Shown here piece by piece: positions 28,400 to 37,065 of a stretch of 38,524 bases of DNA (position 1 is the first letter of the stretch; the number at the start of each line of letters is the position of its first letter). The position numbers and the translations under genes are program-made. The notes under the pieces are model-generated. The model had not been told where the DNA came from, made no database searches, and saw only the letters and a program-made list of their open reading frames with translations. The DNA comes from Candidatus Woesearchaeota archaeon (GTDB taxonomy: Archaea; Nanobdellota; Nanobdellia; UBA10117; JABICX01), in NCBI GenBank assembly GCA_964435825.1, contig CAYTAB010000003.1, positions 1 through 38,524 on the forward strand, read 5' to 3'.

Positions 28400-28663
28400 T
28401 TACATCTCACCAGATTCTATTTGTTCAACTAATGTTTCAAGTTCAGGTAATATTTCAGAACCCTCTTCAGCAGAAAAACATAAAACAGTTCCAAATTCTG
28501 AAGAATAACTTAACTCTGCAGAATTGTTCCCAAGCTGATAGCGAATAAAAACATAGTTGGAAAGACTAGATTTAATATTTAATGTAGCTTGAGGAAAAAT
28601 GCCTGCTAATCTACGAGCAATAGTTTCATAATAAGTATCTGATGAGATCTTTTTTGATATCAT
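28400..28663 (-). CDS. Hypothetical protein (87 aa)
   Basis: ATG ORF that fills the gap between serS and the phosphoesterase gene on the same strand. No family recognised. Confidence 0.4.
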   Translation of the reverse strand: MISKKISSDTYYETIARRLAGIFPQATLNIKSSLSNYVFIRYQLGNNSAELSYSSEFGTVLCFSAEEGSEILPELETLVEQIESGEM

Positions 28664-28705
28664 AACTATATGGTAGCAAAATTTATTTAAAAATGTTTTG
28701 TTAAA

Positions 28706-29989
28706 TCAATGATTTTGTTTTATAGTTCTAAAACCGCAATATTTCCACAAACAAGAAGGAATTTTAACACTTCCGTCTTTTTGCTGATGGTTTTCTAATA
28801 TCGCAGGAATTGCTCTTGAAGTTGCAACCATTGTATTATTTAAAATATGTACATATTTTTTTTCACCATTTTCAAGATAGCGGATATTTGCATTTACTGA
28901 CTGATAACTTTTACAATTACTGCATGAAGTAACCTCTCGATATGCACCTTTTTTATTGTTCTGTCCAGGAAACCATGCTTCAATATCATATTGTAAACTC
29001 TGTTTATCACCAATATCTGCAGAACAAATTGCAACAACTCTAAAAGGAATTCCCAAATCCTTAAAAAACTGCTCACTAATTTTTTGTAGTTTATTAAAAA
29101 GCTTATCTGAATCTTCTTGTCTTGAAAAAACAACTTGCTCTGCTTTATTAAACTGATGCATTCTAATTGTGCCTTTATCATCTTTTCCATGCGTGCCAGC
29201 TTCTTTTCTAAAACAAGGGCTGATTCCTCCATAAAATAAAGGTAATTTAGACACATCTAGCACTTCATTAAAATGCAAAGCAACTAATGGAAGCTCAGAA
29301 GTTCCTATTAAATACAAATCTTCACCCTCAATCTTATAAATTGTATCTTCAAACTCTTGTAAATTAATTCCTGCACTAATTGCTTTTTTATTTAACATTA
29401 GTGGAGGCCAGATTATGCTAAAACCATTTTTCACAAGAGTTTCAATAGCATACATCTGCAATGCCCAATCAAGAATCGCTGCCTCATTTTTAAAATAAAC
29501 AAACCTTGAACCTGAAATTTTTGCAGCACTATCAAAATCAAATAAATCTAAACTTAATCCAAGTTCAATATGGTCTTTGTGCTTAAATGAAAATTTCGGC
29601 TTTTTTCCAACAAACCGAAGTATTTTATTATCTTCTTCACTTTTACCAAAAGGAACTCTATTATCAAGAATATTTCCAACTTTGCTTCTAAAAACATCTC
29701 TTTCTCTTAAATAAAAATCTGATTTTTTTTGCAGGTTATTGATTTTAGCTGTTAAAACGCGCATTTGTTTTATCTGAGCATCAGCATTTTGCTTTAATTT
29801 TCTCTTTTTTGAAATTTCCACATTAATTAAATTTCTTTTTGCGCGCAGTTTTTCAACCTCTTTCAAAGAATTGCGCCACTTATTATCATATTCAATAACT
29901 TTTTTAACATTATTAAGTTTCTTTCCACGTTTTTTTTCAGAAGCTTCAACATCTCTAAGATGCTCTCTAAAATATTTTATTTCTAGCAT
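28706..29989 (-). CDS. serS: Seryl-tRNA synthetase (bacterial-type class II)
   Basis: N-terminal coiled-coil arm (MLEIKYFREHL...). Class II motifs FRKEAG, TSELPL and NNTMVATSRAIPAILENHQ. Confidence 0.93.
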   Translation of the reverse strand: MLEIKYFREHLRDVEASEKKRGKKLNNVKKVIEYDNKWRNSLKEVEKLRAKRNLINVEISKKRKLKQNADAQIKQMRVLTAKINNLQKKSDFYLRERDVFRSKVGNILDNRVPFGKSEEDNKILRFVGKKPKFSFKHKDHIELGLSLDLFDFDSAAKISGSRFVYFKNEAAILDWALQMYAIETLVKNGFSIIWPPLMLNKKAISAGINLQEFEDTIYKIEGEDLYLIGTSELPLVALHFNEVLDVSKLPLFYGGISPCFRKEAGTHGKDDKGTIRMHQFNKAEQVVFSRQEDSDKLFNKLQKISEQFFKDLGIPFRVVAICSADIGDKQSLQYDIEAWFPGQNNKKGAYREVTSCSNCKSYQSVNANIRYLENGEKKYVHILNNTMVATSRAIPAILENHQQKDGSVKIPSCLWKYCGFRTIKQNH

Positions 29990-30074
29990 AAAAACAAATA
30001 CAAAACAGAATATAAAAAATTGTCTATATACTTATAAAAAACAATTATATATCATCAGTCTTTTTAATACACAT

Positions 30075-31097
30075 ATGATTGAGTTAGATGGTTCTTTTGG
30101 AGAAGGTGGTGGCCAGATTTTAAGAACAGCACTTGTTCTTAGCGCAATTACGCGAAAACCCTTTCATATAATAAACATTCGCGCAAATCGATCAAATCCA
30201 GGTTTAAGAGCACAACATCTAACAGCAATACGCGCTTGTGCTGAAATCTGCAATGCACAAGTTTCAAATACAAGAATTCATAGTAAAGAAATAACTTTTA
30301 TTCCAGGTCCAATTAGCTCTGGAAAATACAAATTTGACATCGGAACTGCTGGCTCAATTCCATTATTGCTTGAAACAATATTGCCTGTGCTAGTCTTTGG
30401 ATATGGAACTTCAAGAATTGAATTATTTGGTGGAACAGATGTGCCTTTTTCACCATCAATGGATTATGTCTCGCATGTTTTATGTGATTTTCTGCAAAGA
30501 TTGGGCATTAACACCCATATCCATATTTTAAGATATGGTTTTTATCCAAAAGGCCAGGGTCATGTAAAAGTGCTTATTTATCCTTGGATAAAAAGATATA
30601 GCCTGCATCTTCAGAAAAACGGAAAACTAAAAATAATAGACACAATTAGCAGAGCATCTTCAAACTTAAAAACAAAAGACACTGCAAGAAGGCTTCTTTA
30701 TGGATTTAAAGAAGTAATTAATAAAAAAATAGGAGATGAAGAAATAAGTTATGAAAATACTGCTTGTTCAGGTTTCTCATTTCATGCTCATGCACATTAT
30801 CAATATACAAAACTTGGAACATGTGAAATTGGAACAAAAAATTTCTCTCCAGAACACATTGGAAGAAAAGCAGCACATAAACTGCTTGAAGAAATGAAAA
30901 GCTCTGCAACTCTCGATAGATATATGGCAGACCAGCTTTTAATTTTTCTTGCTATAACTGGAGGTTCATTTAAAATATCAAAACAAACATCACATTTCAA
31001 CACAAACAAATATATTATTCAAAAATTTCTAAACACAAAAATAATAAATAAAAACAACACAATTTATGTTTATCCAGATAAAGATTATTTACTCTAA
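30075..31097 (+). CDS. rtcA: RNA 3'-terminal phosphate cyclase
   Basis: [49 protein letters not shown] is the canonical RtcA N-terminus. The track's 68-aa extension (29871-30074) overlaps serS and is F/L/S-rich, so I reject it. Confidence 0.9.
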   Translation: MIELDGSFGEGGGQILRTALVLSAITRKPFHIINIRANRSNPGLRAQHLTAIRACAEICNAQVSNTRIHSKEITFIPGPISSGKYKFDIGTAGSIPLLLETILPVLVFGYGTSRIELFGGTDVPFSPSMDYVSHVLCDFLQRLGINTHIHILRYGFYPKGQGHVKVLIYPWIKRYSLHLQKNGKLKIIDTISRASSNLKTKDTARRLLYGFKEVINKKIGDEEISYENTACSGFSFHAHAHYQYTKLGTCEIGTKNFSPEHIGRKAAHKLLEEMKSSATLDRYMADQLLIFLAITGGSFKISKQTSHFNTNKYIIQKFLNTKIINKNNTIYVYPDKDYLL

Positions 31098-31101
31098 TGC
31101 T

Positions 31102-31254
31102 CTACAAACCTCTTTTCCACAAATCCTTGTTTTCTTCAGCCATAATCAATAGATAAGCTGCTTGTTCAAAAAAAGCATTAATTGAATGATATCTTCCTTC
31201 TTTAACAAATTTCTCAATTTTTTTAATCTTTTCATCAGAAATTTCAATGTTCAT
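31102..31254 (-). CDS. Ribbon-helix-helix (CopG/Arc-like) micro-protein, 50 aa
   Basis: Too short to appear in the supplied track (shortest listed ORF is 60 aa). Manual translation: MNIEISDEKIKKIEKFVKEGRYHSINAFFEQAAYLLIMAEENKDLWKRGL*. The beta-strand + ..L.+LV..G.Y.S...F...A pattern is RHH-like. It lies 34 nt downstream of the DHH gene on the same strand. Confidence 0.45.
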   Translation of the reverse strand: MNIEISDEKIKKIEKFVKEGRYHSINAFFEQAAYLLIMAEENKDLWKRGL

Positions 31255-31288
31255 AACATAACTAAATATAAAGTCTATAAAAAAATTA

Positions 31289-32716
31289 CTATAAAGTATA
31301 TTTAGTCAAAGGTTCACTCCATAAATCTCCTTTAAAATACATTCTTTCCAAAAGATTATTTTTCTTTGAAAGACTTTCTTCAATCTTTAATAATTGCTTC
31401 TTGCTTATTACACCACCACCAACTTTGCCTCGGCCCTTGATATTTGCAGAATTATCTGAAAGAATTTGTTTTAACTCTTCAGCAGAATATCCTCTAAAAC
31501 TAATCTTATATGAACCATTTTCAAGATCTTCAGCAACAAACATTGTTGAAGAATCTAATGCTCTTTCTAAATTAGAGTAAAAAGTATCATGATTATGAAC
31601 ATACTTAGATGCTTTATGCATAATTTTCATTGGCTCAGAATAACAAGTTAAATAATTTGCAACAACACCTGTGGCATGTTGAAAGCTCTGCTTATCCATT
31701 ACAATAAAATAATGACCTGGTCCCTGTATCAACGAAGAGTTATGAATAATATTTTGAACCTTATATACAATATCTCTATTAACATAAGATTCATTTAAAA
31801 GTTCAAAATTAGGGTCTGCAAGAGCCTTTCCAACTCCGAGAATTTTCAATCCAAGATTATCTAATTCTTTAAAAAACTCACTAAAATGAACTTTGCCAGA
31901 TTTAACATCTCTAATTCGAAGCAATGCATAAAGAGAAAGTTCTTTCATCATTTCAAACTTCTCTGGTGAATACAAATCTGCATCTTCACCAACTGCTAAT
32001 TTTTTTTGATACATGTGTGAACAAAATTTAACAGCACTTGGAACATGGTCTCCAATATGACCTGTAATAGTTAATAACTCCTCAAGATTATAATCTGCAG
32101 AACTCCGTTTTTCACGCTTATTTGGATGAGAATCTGAAAGCTCAACCATCTTTTTTTCAAAATTTAAAGCAATTCCGCGCGCCAAATCTGAAGCTGTTGC
32201 CATAAGTGGTTTATTTCCATTAATATTTAAATCAAATTTAACAAGTTTTGCATCAGCATTTTTGCCAAGCGCAACATCATGATGGTCAACTAGAACATTT
32301 GTATGATATGGAACAGTTATATCAACACTTACAACAAAAGAGCCTTTCTTTGGTTTAGGTGGAGTGTTATAATTATCAATAAAATGAACTTTAATATTAT
32401 CAAAACCTTTTTGTGAAAAATATCTCATTAATTCCTTAGCACCAATTGCTCCATCAGTATCATCATGTGCATAAATTTCAATCAGGCTTTTATTGTGAAT
32501 ATTATAATGATTTAATGCAAGCTCTACTTTTGGAGTAAATTGCTCAAAAACAGAATCTCTGTATTTTGTAGATATATTAAAAACAGGTTTAGGAACTGCG
32601 TTTTGATTATATTCTCTTACAATCTGTTCTAAACGCTTGCGCTTCTTGATTTTATTAGGATCATATTGCTCTTTCCATTTTTCAATAATCCTTTTTTCAA
32701 GTTCAGTTCTACTCAT
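31289..32716 (-). CDS. DHH/DHHA1-family phosphoesterase (divergent RecJ/GAN/Cdc45-like or nanoRNase-like)
   Basis: IYAHDDTDGAIGA (motifs I-II), VLVDHHD (motif III), GHIGDH (motif IV), C-terminal GRGKVGGG (DHHA1 GGG). The track start (32749) is TTG, so I use the ATG at 32716 (MSRTELEKRI). Confidence 0.7.
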   Translation of the reverse strand: MSRTELEKRIIEKWKEQYDPNKIKKRKRLEQIVREYNQNAVPKPVFNISTKYRDSVFEQFTPKVELALNHYNIHNKSLIEIYAHDDTDGAIGAKELMRYFSQKGFDNIKVHFIDNYNTPPKPKKGSFVVSVDITVPYHTNVLVDHHDVALGKNADAKLVKFDLNINGNKPLMATASDLARGIALNFEKKMVELSDSHPNKREKRSSADYNLEELLTITGHIGDHVPSAVKFCSHMYQKKLAVGEDADLYSPEKFEMMKELSLYALLRIRDVKSGKVHFSEFFKELDNLGLKILGVGKALADPNFELLNESYVNRDIVYKVQNIIHNSSLIQGPGHYFIVMDKQSFQHATGVVANYLTCYSEPMKIMHKASKYVHNHDTFYSNLERALDSSTMFVAEDLENGSYKISFRGYSAEELKQILSDNSANIKGRGKVGGGVISKKQLLKIEESLSKKNNLLERMYFKGDLWSEPLTKYTL

Positions 32717-32822
32717 TTTAACAGATATATCACCACTAATTAATAACAAATATTCTCTTTTTTTATTTAAAAACCTTTCGAATTTGTATACTTAAGTAAA
32801 CAGATTAAGTTAAATAATGATT

Positions 32823-32965
32823 AAAAGAATTAGCGACTGCCGAAGCAGTCGCACCTGACCGGAGGTGTGTTTTTCTTTTTAAAGAAATACACAAACCCCC
32901 GCGCCCAAAAGGGCGCTAGGGTGTAGCTGTGCATCAGTCTGGGCACTGATGCTCTTCTCGTACCG
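32823..32965 (-). ncRNA. Unclassified GC-rich structured RNA candidate (five consecutive hairpins plus U-run)
   Basis: 32833-32952 is 66/120 G+C by hand count, against AT-rich flanks. Perfect 8-bp stems at 32931-32952 and 32833-32852, the latter closing a C(UUCG)G tetraloop on the minus strand. A 12-bp GC stem at 32895-32922. T4 run at 32826-32823 on the minus strand. No ORF. Confidence 0.55.
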
Positions 32966-33133
32966 TCACTGTTCTTCGTCAACCAAGACGATTACTTTCT
33001 TACCAATTAATTCCTTTGGTAATGTAATCTTCCCAGAAGAAGCGTTGTTTTTAATAACTTGTCTTGTCAGAATTTGGTCAAAACTAATAGGCTTCAATGC
33101 TACCTTTCCTTTAACTTTTGCATTAACTCCCAT
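32966..33133 (-). CDS. AbrB/SpoVT-like (DUF2080-like) micro-protein, 55 aa
   Basis: MGVNAKVKGKVALKPISFDQILTRQVIKNNASSGKITLPKELIGKKVIVLVDEEQ*. The G+I.LPKE.IGKKV.V motif is typical of swapped-hairpin AbrB-type domains. The track start (33154) is GTG. The ATG at 33133 lies about 30 nt downstream of TTTAAATA (minus strand), consistent with a near-leaderless mRNA. Confidence 0.45.
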   Translation of the reverse strand: MGVNAKVKGKVALKPISFDQILTRQVIKNNASSGKITLPKELIGKKVIVLVDEEQ

Positions 33134-33247
33134 TAGTCTATAAATAGTACACAAATAGACTATTTAAAAGTTTGCATTAAAAAGAAGTATATCTTTAATA
33201 CACAACCATTACATAAAAAATTAATTTCTCACTAATGCAAAGAAAAG

Positions 33248-35089
33248 TTAATTTATTTTTCTTAAAATTGATTCTTTGCCCTTCCAATCAATTGCTTCTT
33301 TTAATACATCCTTAAGAGTATTAACTGGAATAATTTTAATCTTCTTCTTAAGTTGTGGGCTTAAAATAATATCTCGTTCATTTGCTGCAGGAACAATTAC
33401 TTTTTTCAGACCTGCTTCAATTGCTGCTTCAACTTTTTGAGTTATTCCTCCAACTGGAAGAACAAAACCTCTAACAGATAAACTTCCAGTCATTGCAATA
33501 TCTTGCTGAATCGGCAAACTTTTTAATGCAGAAATAATACATGTAGCAACAGCAATACTTGCACTATCTCCTTCCAAACCTTCATAAGTTTGCAGAAATT
33601 GAACATAAACATCATAATTTTTTATATCTGCATTAAACCATTTTTTAACAATTGCAGAAACATTTGTAACAGCTTCTTTTGCAATTTTTCCAAGACTGCC
33701 TGTTGCAACAATTTTTTGTTCTTTATTTGCCTGTGCAGGAACAATTTCTCCATCAATAGGCAAAACAATTCCTGAGAAATTATTTTTTGAGCCAATAACT
33801 GCTAAACCATTAACTCTGCCAATTTCTTTGCCAGAAGTTCGTATAACCTGATACTCTTTTTTATGTTCAATAACTTTGTCTGCAATTTGTTGTTCTAACC
33901 CTCTGGAAAGTTTCCGCGCATCAATAACATCTTTTGCCCGAACCAACTTCTGTTTTCGCTCCAAAGCTAAATCTCCTGCAGCACGAACTAAACCTCCAAG
34001 ATCTCTCAATCTTAAAGTAAGTTTATTTTTACGCCCAGCCATTCTTTTTGCAAAAAGAATTATCTCCTGAACTGCCTCTTTAGTAAAATGTGGAATTTTT
34101 CCATCTTTTACAACTTCTTGTGCAACAAAAACAGCCAACTTCTCTCTATTTTCTTTATTATCCTCCATTAAATCATTCATATAAATTTCATAGCCATATC
34201 CCTTCAATCTAGACCGCAATGCAGGATGTATTTTTTGAACAGTCTCAACATTTCCTGCAGCAACAAGAACAAAATCACAAGGAACTGGTTTTGTTCTAAC
34301 TAATGCTCCTGCACTTCTATCTGATTGTCCTGTAATTGAAAATTTTTTTTCCTGAATTGCAGTTAACAATTCCTGTTGAGTTTTTGGCTCAAGTGTTGAA
34401 ATCTCATCAATAAATAAAACTCCGCCATTTGCTCTATGAATCATTCCAGCTTCAACTCGCAAATGTGCTGGAGTTGCCAATCCTCCGCTTTGAAAAGGGT
34501 CATGTCTTACATCTCCAAGCAAAGCACCTGCTTTTGCTCCAGTAGCATCAATAAACGGAGCTCTTTTTGAAGAAGAATTATCCACAATCATCTTTGGTTC
34601 AATTACTTTTGCATTTCTATTTCCAATACTTAAAGAAAGAGCAATTATTCCAACAAGAAGCAAACCTCCAATTAAAGAAGCAGCAGCCATTATATCTCCA
34701 TATCTCTCTCTGATTATCCATGGAAAAAGTAATGCAACAAATCCAAAAGCTAAAAAAAGAAACTGTTTATTTCTAAGAAAGGATTTTGCCTTTAATTTAG
34801 CAGAATTAACCAAAGATGTTCCTGCACCTGCAGAAACAACTTTCACATATGGCTGATTTTCATCTTTTTCATTTGGAAAAATCAAAATATCTTTTAACAA
34901 ACTTTTTGGCAATAGTTCTGAAAGTGCCTGCCCAATCATTGACTTTCCAGTTCCAGGAGTGCCGATTAAAAAAACATGTCGTCGCTGTTTCGCAGCTTTT
35001 TTAATTATATCTACTGCTTCATCTTGACCAATAATTTGATCTACAATCCTTTTCTTAACAATAATATCTTTAGTGCTGTTGAATTTCAT
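33248..35089 (-). CDS. lonB: Archaeal membrane-bound Lon protease (LonB)
   Basis: Walker [10 protein letters not shown] membrane hairpin is inserted in the AAA module ([17 protein letters not shown] / [15 protein letters not shown]). Walker B LFIDEI. Protease domain with GDSASIA (Ser) and [10 protein letters not shown] (Lys). Confidence 0.93.
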   Translation of the reverse strand: MKFNSTKDIIVKKRIVDQIIGQDEAVDIIKKAAKQRRHVFLIGTPGTGKSMIGQALSELLPKSLLKDILIFPNEKDENQPYVKVVSAGAGTSLVNSAKLKAKSFLRNKQFLFLAFGFVALLFPWIIRERYGDIMAAASLIGGLLLVGIIALSLSIGNRNAKVIEPKMIVDNSSSKRAPFIDATGAKAGALLGDVRHDPFQSGGLATPAHLRVEAGMIHRANGGVLFIDEISTLEPKTQQELLTAIQEKKFSITGQSDRSAGALVRTKPVPCDFVLVAAGNVETVQKIHPALRSRLKGYGYEIYMNDLMEDNKENREKLAVFVAQEVVKDGKIPHFTKEAVQEIILFAKRMAGRKNKLTLRLRDLGGLVRAAGDLALERKQKLVRAKDVIDARKLSRGLEQQIADKVIEHKKEYQVIRTSGKEIGRVNGLAVIGSKNNFSGIVLPIDGEIVPAQANKEQKIVATGSLGKIAKEAVTNVSAIVKKWFNADIKNYDVYVQFLQTYEGLEGDSASIAVATCIISALKSLPIQQDIAMTGSLSVRGFVLPVGGITQKVEAAIEAGLKKVIVPAANERDIILSPQLKKKIKIIPVNTLKDVLKEAIDWKGKESILRKIN

Positions 35090-35114
35090 TTCAGTTAAAA
35101 AAGAAAGGAGTTGA

Positions 35115-35381
35115 CTATTCTTCAGAATCAGAATAGTTCATATTAGCGTTTTCAATAATCATTATTTCACCAATTGCTCGAACAAGTTGATGTGGAACTT
35201 GAACGCCTTTTGCACTAGGTAATGATTTTCTTAAGAGAGATTTTTGATTAGTAGTTCTTATTCTCCACCCAGAAATTTTATTTTGAGAAAGAATTGCATC
35301 TTCAACCTCTCCAAAATATTGTCCATCAATTGTATATACGCTAACTCCGCTGACTTCGCTAATATTTTTCATATTTAACAT
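35115..35381 (-). CDS. PRC-barrel domain protein
   Basis: [32 protein letters not shown] is a PRC-barrel pattern. There is an alternative ATG at 35372. It lies 25 nt upstream of lonB on the same strand. Confidence 0.6.
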   Translation of the reverse strand: MLNMKNISEVSGVSVYTIDGQYFGEVEDAILSQNKISGWRIRTTNQKSLLRKSLPSAKGVQVPHQLVRAIGEIMIIENANMNYSDSEE

Positions 35382-35508
35382 TAAGCTTCACCCTAAAAAT
35401 GATTACTCACTAAAGAATAAAAAGATTTCTCTTGAGAAAAGGACATTTATAATTACAAACTATCAAAACCAAATAATATAAAAACTCTTGCATTTAAAAA
35501 ACTTTAAG

Positions 35509-36177
35509 ATGAAAAATCTACAGATTCTTGGCTCATCTCACATTTCTGGCCAATTTGCATATAAAATTAAAGATATTATCTTAACTGAAGAACCTGAGAT
35601 TGTTGCAGTTGAATTGGATTTGCAAAGACTTGAAAGTTTATTTTCAAACCAAAGAAATAAATATTCTCTAAAAAGCATAAAACAAATTGGAATTTTTGGT
35701 TTTATTTTTGGGTTAATTGGTTCAAAAATGCAATCTGTGCTCGGAAGACAGGTTGGATTTCAGCCAGGAATTGATATGAAAACTGCAGTATTGGCTGCAA
35801 AAAAAGTAAAATCAAAAATAATGCTTATTGATCAGCCAATAGAGATTACATTAAACAAACTATCACAAATAAAAACAAGAGATAAATTAAAATTAATATT
35901 TTATATCCTATTCTCGCCATTTTCAAGAAAAAATCAAAAACTTGCAAAAAAAATTGATCTTAGAAAAGTGCCTGAAGAAAAAATAATAGAAGAAATGACT
36001 GCTGAATTTAAGAAAAAAGTTCCAGCATTTTACAAAATTTTAATTGAAGAGAGAAATAAGATTATTGCAAAAAACATAATAAGCATACAAAAAAAATATC
36101 CTGACTCAAGAATAATCGCAGTTATTGGCGCAGGCCATAAAAAAGAAGTTGAACAATTAATAAAAAATAGCAAGTAA
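35509..36177 (+). CDS. TraB/PrgY/GumN-family protein
   Basis: ILGSSHIS (GTSHVS-type motif), VAVELD, LIDQPIEITL, ERNKIIAKNI, AVIGAGHKKEV. The track start (35488) is TTG, so I use the ATG at 35509. Confidence 0.75.
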   Translation: MKNLQILGSSHISGQFAYKIKDIILTEEPEIVAVELDLQRLESLFSNQRNKYSLKSIKQIGIFGFIFGLIGSKMQSVLGRQVGFQPGIDMKTAVLAAKKVKSKIMLIDQPIEITLNKLSQIKTRDKLKLIFYILFSPFSRKNQKLAKKIDLRKVPEEKIIEEMTAEFKKKVPAFYKILIEERNKIIAKNIISIQKKYPDSRIIAVIGAGHKKEVEQLIKNSK

Positions 36178-36215
36178 TTAACAACTTTTTTATTAAATAA
36201 ACTATACTCCTCTAT

Positions 36216-37064
36216 ATGAATAAGTCAGAGATTTTTGATTTAATGCTTGTAACAATTGTTCTAGGATTTTGTTTTAGTTTTCGGAATTGGGGTTCAGGCT
36301 CAAATTTCTGGCAGACAGGATTAGTAAATCTCTTAATAACTTCAGGAGTTGTTTTTATCTCAATTCTTATGCATGAAGTTTTACATAAAGCAGTTGGCAA
36401 AAAATATGCTGTTGATGTAAAAACAAAAACCTGGAAAACATCTCTATTTTTGGCTATACTCAGCACAATTCTCACAAATGGATATTTTGTATTTGCTGCT
36501 GTATGGTCAATTATTCTTAATGGAAAAAAAATATATACTTATGGAAAAAAGTATAGCTTCCCAGGTCCAAGACAGCGGGCAAAAATTGCACTAATCGGTC
36601 CTGTATCTAATTTTCTTTTAGGTGTAATTGGATATGCTCTTTTTCTTAAAACAGGCAATTTTATTGCAAAACAAATTGCATATATCAATTTCTATATTGC
36701 AGTATTTAATCTTTTCCCATTTTTCAGAGTGCTTTATTTATGGATTAATGCTCCAATGATGAAACTAAAAAAATATGGAAAAGTTAGTGAAAACTATTGG
36801 ATGAAATATATTGACAGAACTTTATTGAATTTTCAAAAAAGCAGCGCCAAGAATGAAGAAATCGCATTTAATGAAGGAGAAATGGTTTTCTTTGGTTCAA
36901 GACCTTTTTGGTTTTTTTTCTTTCCCCTAATCTTATTATCTGAAATATTCATTATTCTAACAAACAATATTTTATTAAGTTTGTTTTTAGGTTTCTTAAT
37001 ATCTGCCGGAGTATGGCTAAGTGAACAACATCTTGTTGAAGAAAAAGTAAAATACGAAGGTTAA
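36216..37064 (+). CDS. Polytopic membrane HExxH metalloprotease (M50/site-2-protease-like)
   Basis: HEVLH lies within a TM segment, there is a later NLFPFF motif (M50 NL.P..PLDG-like, degenerate), and there are several TM helices. Confidence 0.55.
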   Translation: MNKSEIFDLMLVTIVLGFCFSFRNWGSGSNFWQTGLVNLLITSGVVFISILMHEVLHKAVGKKYAVDVKTKTWKTSLFLAILSTILTNGYFVFAAVWSIILNGKKIYTYGKKYSFPGPRQRAKIALIGPVSNFLLGVIGYALFLKTGNFIAKQIAYINFYIAVFNLFPFFRVLYLWINAPMMKLKKYGKVSENYWMKYIDRTLLNFQKSSAKNEEIAFNEGEMVFFGSRPFWFFFFPLILLSEIFIILTNNILLSLFLGFLISAGVWLSEQHLVEEKVKYEG

Positions 37065-37065
37065 A

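Noticed and set aside
29871-30074. 68-aa N-terminal extension of RtcA in the track ORF
   Set aside because: It overlaps the serS 5' end on the opposite strand and is F/L/S-rich. The canonical RtcA N-terminus ([17 protein letters not shown]) starts at the ATG at 30075.
32823-32965. GC-rich island interpreted as a tRNA, split or intron-containing tRNA, SRP RNA, RNase P RNA or C/D-box sRNA
   Set aside because: There is no GTTCRANYC T-loop, no 7-nt anticodon loop and no cloverleaf on either strand. GGUCAGGU resembles the SRP helix-8 5' strand, but the GNAR tetraloop and the G(G/A)AGCA 3' strand are absent, and ~140 nt is too short for an archaeal 7S RNA. I saw no RNase P CR-I/CR-V sequences. UGAUGC/CUGA elements are buried in a perfect stem rather than forming a k-turn. 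I therefore left it unclassified.
32949-33143. 64-aa plus-strand ORF antisense to the AbrB-like micro-ORF
   Set aside because: Its product is F/L/S/C-rich with no motif, whereas the minus-strand frame carries a recognisable G+ITLPKE.IGKKV AbrB-type signature and a promoter-like element. Neither is proven.
36212-36475. 87-aa minus-strand ORF opposite the HExxH membrane protease gene
   Set aside because: It is antisense to a frame with HExxH and multiple TM helices, and it has no motif of its own.
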